NCBI GenBank assembly: GCA_036649855.1
Contig: JAVWAV010000003.1
Coordinates: 10,286 to 74,285, forward strand
Length of the DNA stretch: 64,000 bases
Direction: 5' to 3'
Source: Bacilli bacterium
Lineage (GTDB): Bacteria; Bacillota_I; Bacilli_A; RFN20; CAG-826
In this document: piece by piece, positions 44,489 through 53,337 of the stretch
How positions within the stretch are numbered: position 1 is the first letter of the stretch
Layout: every line of letters begins with the position of its first letter
Translations under genes and position numbers: made by a program
Notes under the pieces: model-generated
The model's database searches: none
What the model saw: the letters and a program-made list of their open reading frames with translations, nothing else
What the model was told of the DNA's origin: nothing

Positions 44489-45070
44489 CTACTTATCCTC
44501 CTTTGTTGATTTGATTACAATATTATTGTTTATATATAGATCTTTTTCTGAACATAAGATTATTGCTTCTTTTATTCTCTCTTCTGGAGATTTTGATTTA
44601 TTCTTTTCTAGAACTCCGATTGCTATCTTTTCTCCGCATCCTAAAACTAAATAATCTTCTATTGGCAATACACATAAATCATTCTCTATTTTATATGCTT
44701 TATCTTTATATGCAATTATAAATCTACTTAACATATAATTCTCATCATTTCCATTTGCGTCTTTTAGAATTCTCTTGTTTGCTAATAAGATTGAGTAAAT
44801 CTTCCCTGATAAATTTGTTACTACATATTCATAGTCTACTGAATTCTTTAATTGGAATATCTCTTCTATGATGTTATTTTGACATTGAACTAATTGTCCA
44901 TCTCTTAAATGTCCTACAACTCCCATTATTCCTTGTTTGCAATTCTTTATTTCCCATATCTTACAAACAGAGTTATTATCACAGTTCTCTTTTAGTCCAT
45001 TACTTGTGATTTGACTATCACATCCAATTACTATTCTATCATTGTCTTTTATTGCTACAATTAAACTCAA
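44489..45070 (-). CDS. Ntn-hydrolase / HslV-proteasome-beta-like protein
   Basis: MSLIVAIKDNDRIVIGCDSQITSN aligns by eye with HslV TTIVAVRRNGKVVIAGDGQVT. A Ser replaces the nucleophile Thr after Met1. Confidence 0.45.
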   Translation of the reverse strand: MSLIVAIKDNDRIVIGCDSQITSNGLKENCDNNSVCKIWEIKNCKQGIMGVVGHLRDGQLVQCQNNIIEEIFQLKNSVDYEYVVTNLSGKIYSILLANKRILKDANGNDENYMLSRFIIAYKDKAYKIENDLCVLPIEDYLVLGCGEKIAIGVLEKNKSKSPEERIKEAIILCSEKDLYINNNIVIKSTKEDK

Positions 45071-45073
45071 TGT

Positions 45074-45268
45074 CTATTCCTCCTCAATAAAATCTATTTT
45101 TGGATATTGACATGGTGTTGTCTTTCTAAATCCGCAAACTGGACATACATGTTCGTATTGGATTGTTGCCAATTGAAAGATGTGTCCTGTTGGTTTCATC
45201 TCTCCTTTCTTACAACTGTCACAGATATAAACTACTCTTACTGGTTTTACTGGTTTTTGTTTTTCCAT
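45074..45268 (-). CDS. zinc-ribbon protein
   Basis: CDSC...CPVC. Confidence 0.5.
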   Translation of the reverse strand: MEKQKPVKPVRVVYICDSCKKGEMKPTGHIFQLATIQYEHVCPVCGFRKTTPCQYPKIDFIEEE

Positions 45269-45493
45269 TTAATTTTCCTCCATATATTTATTTGCTTCTT
45301 CTCTCGTCCTAAATATCTTATTGCTTTCTATATTTATATAAACTCTATCTGAACAAGTGAATTTATCTACATAAAACTTTCCATCTGGTCTGATTGCTAT
45401 CTCATCAACTATATATTCTTCTATGTATTGATGAAGTTTATCATCTCCTACTATAACAAATATTGCATCTCCAAAATTAAATTTCTCTTCCAT
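45269..45493 (-). CDS. hypothetical protein
   Basis: 74-aa ORF. Confidence 0.5.
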   Translation of the reverse strand: MEEKFNFGDAIFVIVGDDKLHQYIEEYIVDEIAIRPDGKFYVDKFTCSDRVYINIESNKIFRTREEANKYMEEN

Positions 45494-45774
45494 TAATCCA
45501 TACTCCCATAACTATCATTATAGCAGTTTCCACTTCTGCCAAAATTATTTCTTTCTTCTAAATTTTGCCTTATTCTGCTTTGAACTTGTTTATATAAATC
45601 ATAAGATACACATTCTCTTGCGTATGTTGTAAGATATCTGTGTATGGAAGTCTTGCTACATCTATATAATCCTGCTAAAGATTTCATTGTTCTTCCTGTT
45701 TCAATATATGTTGTGCATATTCTTTCACAAATATATTCCTTACTTCCATTCAATATTCTTTTAATTTCTCGCAT
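45493..45774 (-). CDS. HTH DNA-binding protein
   Basis: MKSLAGLYRCSKTSIHRYL is a helix-turn-helix. Confidence 0.5.
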   Translation of the reverse strand: MREIKRILNGSKEYICERICTTYIETGRTMKSLAGLYRCSKTSIHRYLTTYARECVSYDLYKQVQSRIRQNLEERNNFGRSGNCYNDSYGSMD

Positions 45775-45821
45775 TAAATTTTTCCTCTGTATTATTGTAA
45801 TGAATTTTCAGTATTACTCAT

Positions 45822-46742
45822 TTAATACATTGATATTTCATCTTTTTCCGATCTTATTCTGTCTATCCATGTTGGAAATCTCATTGAATATTTTCCATCT
45901 GCATCTTGAGATATTTCAAAATACTTTATCTCAACTATTTTCCCTAATAGTAGTTCTTTATTATTCCAATATAATTCTCTCTGAGTATCTGTAAATCCAG
46001 AACCTACATCACATTTATATAAGTTTCCTCTATGTTCAAATTCTACTGTTATTCCACCTAATGTGTTTGTAAATCTACCTGTTCCAGAATACATATCTAA
46101 TACTTTTACATCTGCCGTCTTGAATTTTTTAACCTTCAACAAGTTCTTTGTTCTCTTACATTCGTAAGGTGAGTCTGCTATGTTTATCATAACTCCCTCT
46201 CCACCTACTGATGTTATTTTTTCCAAATAATATTCTATTTGTGATTTATCTGAACCTTGATATAGAACCTCAACTTCTTTTATCCATCTTAATTTTGGAC
46301 ACATTCCTTTTATTGAAAGATGTAACATAGACTTTCTACTCGTTGTGTCTGCTATAGATGTTCCTTTCCAGAATTCTTCTGCCTTTACCATGTCAAATAT
46401 ATGGAATATTACTCCTGTTTTTATTCCGTCTCTTCTTACTGCACTTGTAGTTGCTCTAAATAATTCTTCAGTGTCTTCAATATTTGCATCTGCTATTAAT
46501 TCTCCATCATAGAAATATCCATGAGGAAGTCTCTTCAACTCATTTTCAATGTCTAACATATCCTTATATAATTGACCTTGACGAGTATAAAGTATTACAT
46601 TTCCATCTTCTTCAACTAATGCACACATTCTACAATTATGTTTTAGAATTCCATTACAGAAAAAGTTATGATTACCTTCAACTGTTAATTCATAAGTATG
46701 TTCTTTCTGTATTTGTTTCATTCTTTTAATTCTTTCAAACAT
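45822..46742 (-). CDS. ATP-dependent DNA ligase C-terminal fragment preceded by a 36-aa C-intein
   Basis: MFERIKRMKQIQKEHTYELTVEGNHNFFCNGILKHN|CRMCALV.. Ligase motifs FYDGEL, GGEGVMI and LLKVKK follow. Confidence 0.8.
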   Translation of the reverse strand: MFERIKRMKQIQKEHTYELTVEGNHNFFCNGILKHNCRMCALVEEDGNVILYTRQGQLYKDMLDIENELKRLPHGYFYDGELIADANIEDTEELFRATTSAVRRDGIKTGVIFHIFDMVKAEEFWKGTSIADTTSRKSMLHLSIKGMCPKLRWIKEVEVLYQGSDKSQIEYYLEKITSVGGEGVMINIADSPYECKRTKNLLKVKKFKTADVKVLDMYSGTGRFTNTLGGITVEFEHRGNLYKCDVGSGFTDTQRELYWNNKELLLGKIVEIKYFEISQDADGKYSMRFPTWIDRIRSEKDEISMY

Positions 46743-48020
46743 TTATTTAATATCTCCTTATATTCTCCATTTAATATTTCTCTTTCCCAAATATTTATAA
46801 ATTTATATCCAAAACTCTTTATAAAACTTTCTCTTGCTGAGTCCCTTTCCCAAATTTGTTCAGCAGTCATTTTACCCTCGTATGTTGAAATAATATCTGA
46901 CCTTGAATATTCTCTTGGATCTGCATGACAATATCCACCATATATCTCAATCACTAATTTATATTTAGGCAATGTTATATCAGGTATTGCAAATTTAACT
47001 CTCCCATCTGCTGTTTTTATTCTAAATGGACTTCCACATTCGTCAATCACCTCTTCACCTATAGATCTTAAATAATTAGATACAGTATCATGAATTGTGC
47101 TATGACTGCATCCAGGTTTCAATCTACAACTTCCCCAAGCATTTCCGTATTTCTTTATTTTTGTAAGTTGTATTTTCTGTATTATTCCAGGTATATGATC
47201 TGGATTTTCAACTCCATATCGTTCTAAAAATGTTTGTTTTGTTTTAGGAGATTGAAAAGTATTCTTACAACCATACTTATCTATACAAGACTTCTCATAA
47301 TTAGTTCTTGTGAACTCAGTTTTTGCTGCCTCAGAATTATTTCTTAATTTAATATTTCTTTTCTTTAATTCACTTATAAAATAACATAATCTATTTATAT
47401 TTAATGATTTCTCTAAATTATATATTGACTCACCATTTTTATATCTTTTACAGAATTCATTAAGTAAAGTTTCATTTGGTTTATCTAATTCATAGCATTT
47501 TTTACAAATACCTAGATGACCAATATAACTATCTTTATATTTAAATCTTATACCACAACTTGAGATGTATTCAAATTTACTGTATTCTTTTTTTATAAAT
47601 TCAAATTCTTCTTCTGTAATGATATATCTATTTGATTTATTCTTTGTTAAATTAAAATTCAAATCTTTCAATATTCTATAAAGACATGTCTCTGATACAT
47701 TTAATTTAGTTGCAACTTCCTTCAATTTCATCTACAAACACCTCATCTTCAGAGGTTAAATATCTTACTTCTTTCCAACCATTTCTTGTCATTACTAAGT
47801 CGTTTCCTGTTATCTTTAATTTTCTTCCTGTAACTGTTTCAATTTCATACCACTCAGCATTTTTAGACAGTCCCCTCATAAAATTCTCAACTTTCTTAAA
47901 TTCTATCCGTCCAGTTTTCTCGTTATAAGATTTTACCTCTATATTAGAATAACTGTTTTCTAACGAGGATATTGTCTTTAATCCTATATTTGTTTCAACT
48001 AAAGTATCACCTGATACACA
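46635..48020 (-). mobile_element. split intein (IntN 104 aa, IntC 36 aa) with intervening free-standing homing endonuclease gene
   Basis: IntN starts CVSGDTLVETN right after ligase motif I (STKLDG). IntC ends ILKHN|C. The HEG ORF overlaps both flanking ORFs by about 25 nt. Confidence 0.75.
46718..47731 (-). CDS. free-standing homing endonuclease, Vsr/PD-(D/E)XK-like C-terminal domain with N-terminal HTH
   Basis: N-terminal KLNVSETCLYRILKDL HTH. The C-terminal FAIPDITLPKYKLVIEIYGGYCHADPR...KSFGYKFINIWE resembles Vsr/DUF559-type nucleases. Confidence 0.6.
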   Translation of the reverse strand: MKLKEVATKLNVSETCLYRILKDLNFNLTKNKSNRYIITEEEFEFIKKEYSKFEYISSCGIRFKYKDSYIGHLGICKKCYELDKPNETLLNEFCKRYKNGESIYNLEKSLNINRLCYFISELKKRNIKLRNNSEAAKTEFTRTNYEKSCIDKYGCKNTFQSPKTKQTFLERYGVENPDHIPGIIQKIQLTKIKKYGNAWGSCRLKPGCSHSTIHDTVSNYLRSIGEEVIDECGSPFRIKTADGRVKFAIPDITLPKYKLVIEIYGGYCHADPREYSRSDIISTYEGKMTAEQIWERDSARESFIKSFGYKFINIWEREILNGEYKEILNKCLKELKE

Positions 48021-48581
48021 TCCATCTAATTTGGTAGACAATATAAATTCTTTATCATTTATATAATCCGTATTTTCAAAATAATTATCTGCAAGCATTA
48101 CATTAAATACTTTTACAAATCCTTCTCCCATAACTTTATTTAATGTTGTTGCATCCATACCTAGTTTTAATTCTTTTGTAAATATCTTCTTCAACAACTC
48201 TGAATATTCTTTATGTTCGTTAATATAGTCATTTACATATCTAATATCCACATCTCTACCTGTGTTGTTTACTTTCAAATATTCTAATACATCTATATAA
48301 GTTACAATTATCTTCTCTGCAAATAAATCATTAAAAGAATAATTAGAAAAACAGGACTCTTTTTCAATCTTCTTTGAACTGAGTCCTGTTACTATTAAAC
48401 TATCATACAAGAATTTACAGGTCTCTATAAAATAATGATTGTTCGAATTTTCTCTAATTATATTTTCTTTTTCTATCCTAGATGTTGTATTAGATATATT
48501 GTTTATTATTTTATTCAGTTCTTGTAATTTCTCCTGCATTAGTTTCTCCCATATATTTATACACACTAATTCTCTGTGCAT
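47706..48581 (-). CDS. ATP-dependent DNA ligase N-terminal fragment fused to a 104-aa N-intein
   Basis: ..FILSTKLDG|CVSGDTLVETN.. (adenylation motif KxDG, then intein block A). The real start is probably the ATG at 48539 (MQEKLQEL). Confidence 0.8.
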   Translation of the reverse strand: MHRELVCINIWEKLMQEKLQELNKIINNISNTTSRIEKENIIRENSNNHYFIETCKFLYDSLIVTGLSSKKIEKESCFSNYSFNDLFAEKIIVTYIDVLEYLKVNNTGRDVDIRYVNDYINEHKEYSELLKKIFTKELKLGMDATTLNKVMGEGFVKVFNVMLADNYFENTDYINDKEFILSTKLDGCVSGDTLVETNIGLKTISSLENSYSNIEVKSYNEKTGRIEFKKVENFMRGLSKNAEWYEIETVTGRKLKITGNDLVMTRNGWKEVRYLTSEDEVFVDEIEGSCN

Positions 48582-48864
48582 ATTTTATTGAATTCAATAT
48601 TGTTTTTATAAAGAGTTTTCTCTTACTTACTGTTAACTTTTTATTAGGACATATTATAAATTGTTTCATATGTTTTTGATTACTATAATGATCAGATATT
48701 CTTAAATTTACAGTTATTCCTTTTCTATAAGTTAATCTTAAATATGTTGAATTTGTTGTAATACTTCTCTCTACATGATAATGTAATTCTCTGTATTTAG
48801 AAATTATAAATGTGTCCAAGATATTTGCTAAATAACTTCTCTCTAGAAGTGCTATCTGCTTCAA
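48511..48864 (-). CDS. hypothetical protein
   Basis: 117-aa ORF. Confidence 0.5.
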   Translation of the reverse strand: MKQIALLERSYLANILDTFIISKYRELHYHVERSITTNSTYLRLTYRKGITVNLRISDHYSNQKHMKQFIICPNKKLTVSKRKLFIKTILNSIKYAQRISVYKYMGETNAGEITRTE

Positions 48865-48867
48865 TTC

Positions 48868-49047
48868 TTACCATTCTGTGTATTGGCAATTTTGACAAAC
48901 TACTCTTGAACTTAATTTATTATTTTCAGAATATTTTTCAACTATTGGATTCTTGCTTCTACACCCATTTACAATTTTATATTTTACTTCTATTTTATGA
49001 GTATCTATGATAATCATTTCAGAATTACATATTGGACATCTTTTCAT
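48868..49047 (-). CDS. small zinc-ribbon protein (59 aa, below the ORF-track cutoff)
   Basis: AGGAGG RBS and ATG at 49047: MKRCPICNSEM...VVCQNCQYTEW. Confidence 0.5.
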   Translation of the reverse strand: MKRCPICNSEMIIIDTHKIEVKYKIVNGCRSKNPIVEKYSENNKLSSRVVCQNCQYTEW

Positions 49048-49071
49048 ATAATCCTCCTAGTTGATTTTTTA

Positions 49072-49335
49072 CTAAACTAACTTAATAGCATCAGTTAATA
49101 GTTCTTTCAACTTTTCAAAGTTATCTTTATCTACTCTTATCTTCTCTTTATGTTCTACTTTTCGCATCAATTCAACTTTCTGTTTACTTAATTTCTTCTT
49201 TTCATTTATTTTATTAAGTTCTTCATCTTCTTTCTTTAATCTTAATGCAGATTGAACACTATATGATGTTCTTCCTTCTGATAAATCATTTAAGAGTTTC
49301 CTTACAGCAACCATCCATTCTTTTCTAGTCATCAA
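49072..49335 (-). CDS. hypothetical protein
   Basis: 87-aa basic helical ORF. Confidence 0.5.
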   Translation of the reverse strand: MMTRKEWMVAVRKLLNDLSEGRTSYSVQSALRLKKEDEELNKINEKKKLSKQKVELMRKVEHKEKIRVDKDNFEKLKELLTDAIKLV

Positions 49336-49684
49336 TCTTCCCTCCTAAACAAACTGTTATAGAATCAAATAAATCATTTAATTGATGTGCGATTTCCTTT
49401 CTAGTATCTGTTGCAGGTAAAGCATTTATTTCTTTTGCTTTTAATTCAAAGATATTTTTCATCTTCTTGTAAACTTCTTCTGAATTCTCTACTGTATATT
49501 TATTTAATTCAATAATATTTTTACAAATAGGACATTTACATGATACACATATATTAGACTCATCGTCTTCAGGACCATAAACATGTAATATGTCATTTTT
49601 ATAGTCCTTATCTGTCAATTTGAATTCAGATAAACAGTATGGACATTTAATATCTCTATATTTTGGATATTTTTTAATGATCAT
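49325..49684 (-). CDS. zinc-ribbon protein
   Basis: CPYC...CKCPICKN. Confidence 0.5.
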   Translation of the reverse strand: MIIKKYPKYRDIKCPYCLSEFKLTDKDYKNDILHVYGPEDDESNICVSCKCPICKNIIELNKYTVENSEEVYKKMKNIFELKAKEINALPATDTRKEIAHQLNDLFDSITVCLGGKIDD

Positions 49685-49696
49685 ATTTATATCCTC

Positions 49697-49894
49697 CTAC
49701 TTCTTTACAATATCTTTCAATGCTTTATCTTCCATTTTTGGATTCATCTGTTCTAACATATATACTCTTACAACATCAAGTGCTTTATCTGCACCTGTAT
49801 AGAATCCATCAATTCTTGCCATTTCTATTTTTCTATTTACTGCAGTTTCAGTTCTTTGTTTTTCAATAAATTCAAGTAATTCTTTTTCTTTCAT
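49697..49894 (-). CDS. hypothetical protein
   Basis: 65-aa ORF. Confidence 0.45.
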   Translation of the reverse strand: MKEKELLEFIEKQRTETAVNRKIEMARIDGFYTGADKALDVVRVYMLEQMNPKMEDKALKDIVKK

Positions 49895-50562
49895 TATTTA
49901 TCTCCTCCAATAACTTTAGATTTTAATGAATTAGAATATTCTTCGTAGTCTGCTAATCCTAATGGATTTCCTAAAAATCTATTCATTCTTGAAACAAATT
50001 CATAGTTTTTAATAATTTCATCTACAAATTCTTTTTCTTCTACTCTTTCTTTCATTGAAGTTACTGCAATTTTTAATTTTACAATATTCTCTTCAATTTG
50101 TCTGATATTTTCTGCATACATTGGTTCTTCAGATGCTGGTGTATGTGCTTTCAATGTTATTAATACTTCTTCTTGAACTGCAATACCTTTTTCTAATTCA
50201 ACAATTTTTGCAATATTATTGTTAATATATGTTCCTAATTTATATTTGAAGTCTTCTGCACTTGTTAATTTCTTGTCTGCTCTATCTCCTTCAATTTTTG
50301 TTCCATTTTCAACTTCTGCGTTATTTTTAATTTTCTTTGCCATTTGATTTATAATCTCCTCTTCTTTTTTTGTTCTTTTGAATGGTTTACTTGCATTCTC
50401 AAGTTGTTTTTCCAAGTTTGCGATTTTCATTCTGTAGAATGGTTTTTCGCTATCACTTGCATGTTTCCAATTACTCTTTGTTTCTACGATTGTTTTCTTT
50501 ATCTGTTCAATCATAAATTTCTGAGTATCTGTTAGTTCTACGGATTTCTTTTTACTACTCAT
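49894..50562 (-). CDS. hypothetical coiled-coil protein
   Basis: 222-aa ORF that overlaps the MazF-like gene by 8 nt. Confidence 0.55.
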   Translation of the reverse strand: MSSKKKSVELTDTQKFMIEQIKKTIVETKSNWKHASDSEKPFYRMKIANLEKQLENASKPFKRTKKEEEIINQMAKKIKNNAEVENGTKIEGDRADKKLTSAEDFKYKLGTYINNNIAKIVELEKGIAVQEEVLITLKAHTPASEEPMYAENIRQIEENIVKLKIAVTSMKERVEEKEFVDEIIKNYEFVSRMNRFLGNPLGLADYEEYSNSLKSKVIGGDK

Positions 50563-51022
50563 TTGTTTCCTCCTTATTTATTGTAGTGTTTTTATCTCCT
50601 AATTCATCTATTCCAACTGTAATCTTTTCAAAATGTGTTGGTTTTATTATTCCAAGTGCTATTTGAAAACATTTTTCTACAACACTTAACTCTTGATCAT
50701 CCAATGAAATTAAATAAGTTTTCAAATCACTTTTATTTACTGTCCTAATCTGTTCGCATAAAAATGTATTTTTTATTTTATCTATATAAAATGAACAATG
50801 CGTAGGTAATGAATTCTTCTCAGCACTTGTGCAAGGAACAACTTGAACAGTTTCTGAAAACTTATTTCCCGTATCATTTGATATTATTAAAACTGGTCTC
50901 ATTCCTTTCTGTATATGATCGAATACTTTTTGATTGTCTCCTAATTTTATATCTCTATCAGAAGAATTTACATCATATACACAATTACACCACCATATTT
51001 GACCTCTTAAATACTTTTGCAT
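50555..51022 (-). CDS. MazF/PemK-like endoribonuclease toxin homologue
   Basis: LRGQIWWCN...GMRPVLIISND...VQVVPCTS...LCEQIRTVNKSDL follows the PemK/MazF pattern. It has an extra ~40-aa C-terminal tail. Confidence 0.65.
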   Translation of the reverse strand: MQKYLRGQIWWCNCVYDVNSSDRDIKLGDNQKVFDHIQKGMRPVLIISNDTGNKFSETVQVVPCTSAEKNSLPTHCSFYIDKIKNTFLCEQIRTVNKSDLKTYLISLDDQELSVVEKCFQIALGIIKPTHFEKITVGIDELGDKNTTINKEETNE

Positions 51023-51029
51023 ATGCGAT

Positions 51030-51884
51030 TTATTCCTCCTTATGATATCGTTTCTTCATTGCTTCTGATATCTTCCTCCTAGTTTCTTCTGACATCACTC
51101 TTTTTGTAACAACTACATTCTTTTCAACAGAAGTTTTCTTAGGTTTTGGTTCTTCTTTCTTTTTCTTTTCATTTCTAATTTCCAATGCCTTCTTTCCTTG
51201 CTCTCCTAGAAATCTAACAGATTCTCCTTCCGGAGTTTTATTTACTTCATCATTATGTGGCAATTTGTTACTTGCTAATAATTCTTTTATTGTTTCTGTT
51301 GAAAGTGTTCTATAATCTACATTTATATTAATATCTTCTGCTACATTCAAGGTTTTATTTACATTAACATCAATTATCGATTTAGGAGTATATGATGGAT
51401 CTAATTTTTTCAAGAGTGTTAAAATAGCATTGGCATCTGGTGGAACTTGCTTTTTAGTTATTGTAACTTTTCTATATGGATCTTTTATATTACCATCTTC
51501 ATCTACAGAACCTGCTTCTTCTGTTCTCTTTTCTTCTATCTCTAATCCTAATGCAAGTGACAGTAAAGATCCCTCTAAATCAGATAACTTTGCTTTTCTA
51601 CTATCATATAATCCTATTTGGATTGCTGCTGCAAAATCTGGATATTTCTCCATATAATACTGAAATGATAAACTATCTAGTTTTAATTCTTTTCGAATTG
51701 ATGCATAAGTTCCTGTTGGTGAATTTCTTGCTGCAATATATGCCTGTGCTAGAAATCCATCACCATATTTATCTTTTTCAGGTATTTTATAATTCAAGAG
51801 TTTCTCTCTAAATTTACTCACATTTTCTGGCAATGCTTGAGATAGAATATCATCATTATTAATAATTATCTCATCATCTTTCAT
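51030..51884 (-). CDS. terminase small subunit-like DNA-binding protein
   Basis: FQYYMEKYPDFAAAIQIG...LEGSLLSLALG...PPDANAILTLLKKLDP resembles TerS families. It lies far from the large subunit gene. Confidence 0.35.
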   Translation of the reverse strand: MKDDEIIINNDDILSQALPENVSKFREKLLNYKIPEKDKYGDGFLAQAYIAARNSPTGTYASIRKELKLDSLSFQYYMEKYPDFAAAIQIGLYDSRKAKLSDLEGSLLSLALGLEIEEKRTEEAGSVDEDGNIKDPYRKVTITKKQVPPDANAILTLLKKLDPSYTPKSIIDVNVNKTLNVAEDININVDYRTLSTETIKELLASNKLPHNDEVNKTPEGESVRFLGEQGKKALEIRNEKKKKEEPKPKKTSVEKNVVVTKRVMSEETRRKISEAMKKRYHKEE

Positions 51885-51888
51885 AGCA

Positions 51889-52569
51889 TTACCCTCTTCT
51901 ATTTTTCAAATCACACAATTCAATACACTCATCTATAGTAGAACATACATCTTCTTCATCAAACATTGAACCTGCTTTATTTTTTAATTTATATCTAACG
52001 CATTTTACTCCAGATTCTTTTGTGATAAATATCTTTTCAATTTCTCCAGAAACAGGAACAAACTTAAATTGATTCTCTAATCGAGTATATCCCATTGTTT
52101 CTCTTACATTTTTGAATTCTGCAACATATACAACATCATCTGGTTCGAAATTATGAGCAGTTTGATGCTTAATCTTATTCGTAATTCTTTGTTTTACAAT
52201 TATTACTTCATCCAATTTCTCTTCTGGAATTACTTCTTCAATGACTGGTTCTTCTACTTTCAATTTTTCAGGTTGTTCTGTAGTAGATTCTTCAATCTTT
52301 GGTTTTACCTTTTCTTCAACTGTCTGTTGTAAATTTTTTGGTTTTGGTCCTGGTTTTTTCTTAACTGGTTCGACTTTTACCTCTAAATTACCTTCTAGAC
52401 GGTCTAAATTGGTGTTCTCTGCCTTTTCAACTTCTTCTTGAACAACAACCCCATCTGAAATATCGTTGGTTTTAGAGTCCTTTTCAGTGGTATTCAAACC
52501 ATCTTTAACTTCTTCTAATTCTTCCATATTAATCTCCTCTTGATTATTATTTTGATTGATTTCGCTCAT
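51889..52569 (-). CDS. hypothetical protein with acidic N-terminal half
   Basis: 226-aa ORF. Confidence 0.55.
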   Translation of the reverse strand: MSEINQNNNQEEINMEELEEVKDGLNTTEKDSKTNDISDGVVVQEEVEKAENTNLDRLEGNLEVKVEPVKKKPGPKPKNLQQTVEEKVKPKIEESTTEQPEKLKVEEPVIEEVIPEEKLDEVIIVKQRITNKIKHQTAHNFEPDDVVYVAEFKNVRETMGYTRLENQFKFVPVSGEIEKIFITKESGVKCVRYKLKNKAGSMFDEEDVCSTIDECIELCDLKNRRG

Positions 52570-53038
52570 CCAATATATCCTCCCTAAATTTTGAAATCCA
52601 TGTGCTAATAGTTGACTGACTTTTATTAATTATCTCAGACACTTCTTTACGAGAATATCCATATAACAATAACTTGAATATAATTTGTAATTTTGGTTTT
52701 GCTTTTGAAATTACTTCTTCTAGTTCTTCTTTACCATCAGAATTATCCTCTACACTAATATAACTCAAAACATCCTCATCAACAAAATTACCTTCTTGCA
52801 TTTGTTTATATAATTTGATATCTGAATATGTTCCTGCTAACCAATTTGATATATATGGATAAGCATATGTAGAAAACTTAGTTCCTCTGGACTCATCAAA
52901 ATTATCTGCTGCTTTACATAGTCCTAAAAATCCATACTGCAGTGCATCTTCATCATCTATGTATCCTAACTTTCTTGCTATATAGTATACTAAATTCATA
53001 TTATCTAATACCAACTTCTGTTTATTCTCATCAAGCAT
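52547..53038 (-). CDS. RNA polymerase sigma factor (sigma-70 regions 2 and 4)
   Basis: LVYYIARKL..DALQYGFLGLCKAADNFDESRGTKFSTYAYPYI (region 2); YSRKEVSEIINKSQSTISTWI (region 4). Confidence 0.75.
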   Translation of the reverse strand: MLDENKQKLVLDNMNLVYYIARKLGYIDDEDALQYGFLGLCKAADNFDESRGTKFSTYAYPYISNWLAGTYSDIKLYKQMQEGNFVDEDVLSYISVEDNSDGKEELEEVISKAKPKLQIIFKLLLYGYSRKEVSEIINKSQSTISTWISKFREDILDERNQSK

Positions 53039-53040
53039 AT

Positions 53041-53337
53041 TTAATCTCCTTCAAATATATTTGTATATTTTCCTGTTATATATTTCCTATAACATTCTTC
53101 TCCGTATCCTCTTTGTATAGATAATGGATCTTTCAACATTCTACCACAGTGTTTACATTTACATTTACTACTATCTGAATCTCCTGGTAGTGATAGAATA
53201 TAATTTTTAATTGCTTCAACATTTTTCCCACATGCTTCTATTGCATCTCTTGCAATATTATTTGGAACTCCAAATGTTTCAGATATAGCAATTACTTCTT
53301 CATCTTCCATATATTCCTCCCATATTAATGACATCAT
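53041..53337 (-). CDS. DUF6011-like zinc-binding protein
   Basis: CKHCGRMLKDPLSIQRGYGEEC. Confidence 0.5.
   Translation of the reverse strand: MMSLIWEEYMEDEEVIAISETFGVPNNIARDAIEACGKNVEAIKNYILSLPGDSDSSKCKCKHCGRMLKDPLSIQRGYGEECYRKYITGKYTNIFEGD

Noticed and set aside
48511-48581. A 71-nt overlap between ORF 48511-48864 and the ligase N-fragment, considered as a possible functional overlap.
   Set aside because: It is more simply explained by the ligase starting at the internal ATG at 48539 (MQEKLQEL). That leaves an overlap of only about 29 nt.
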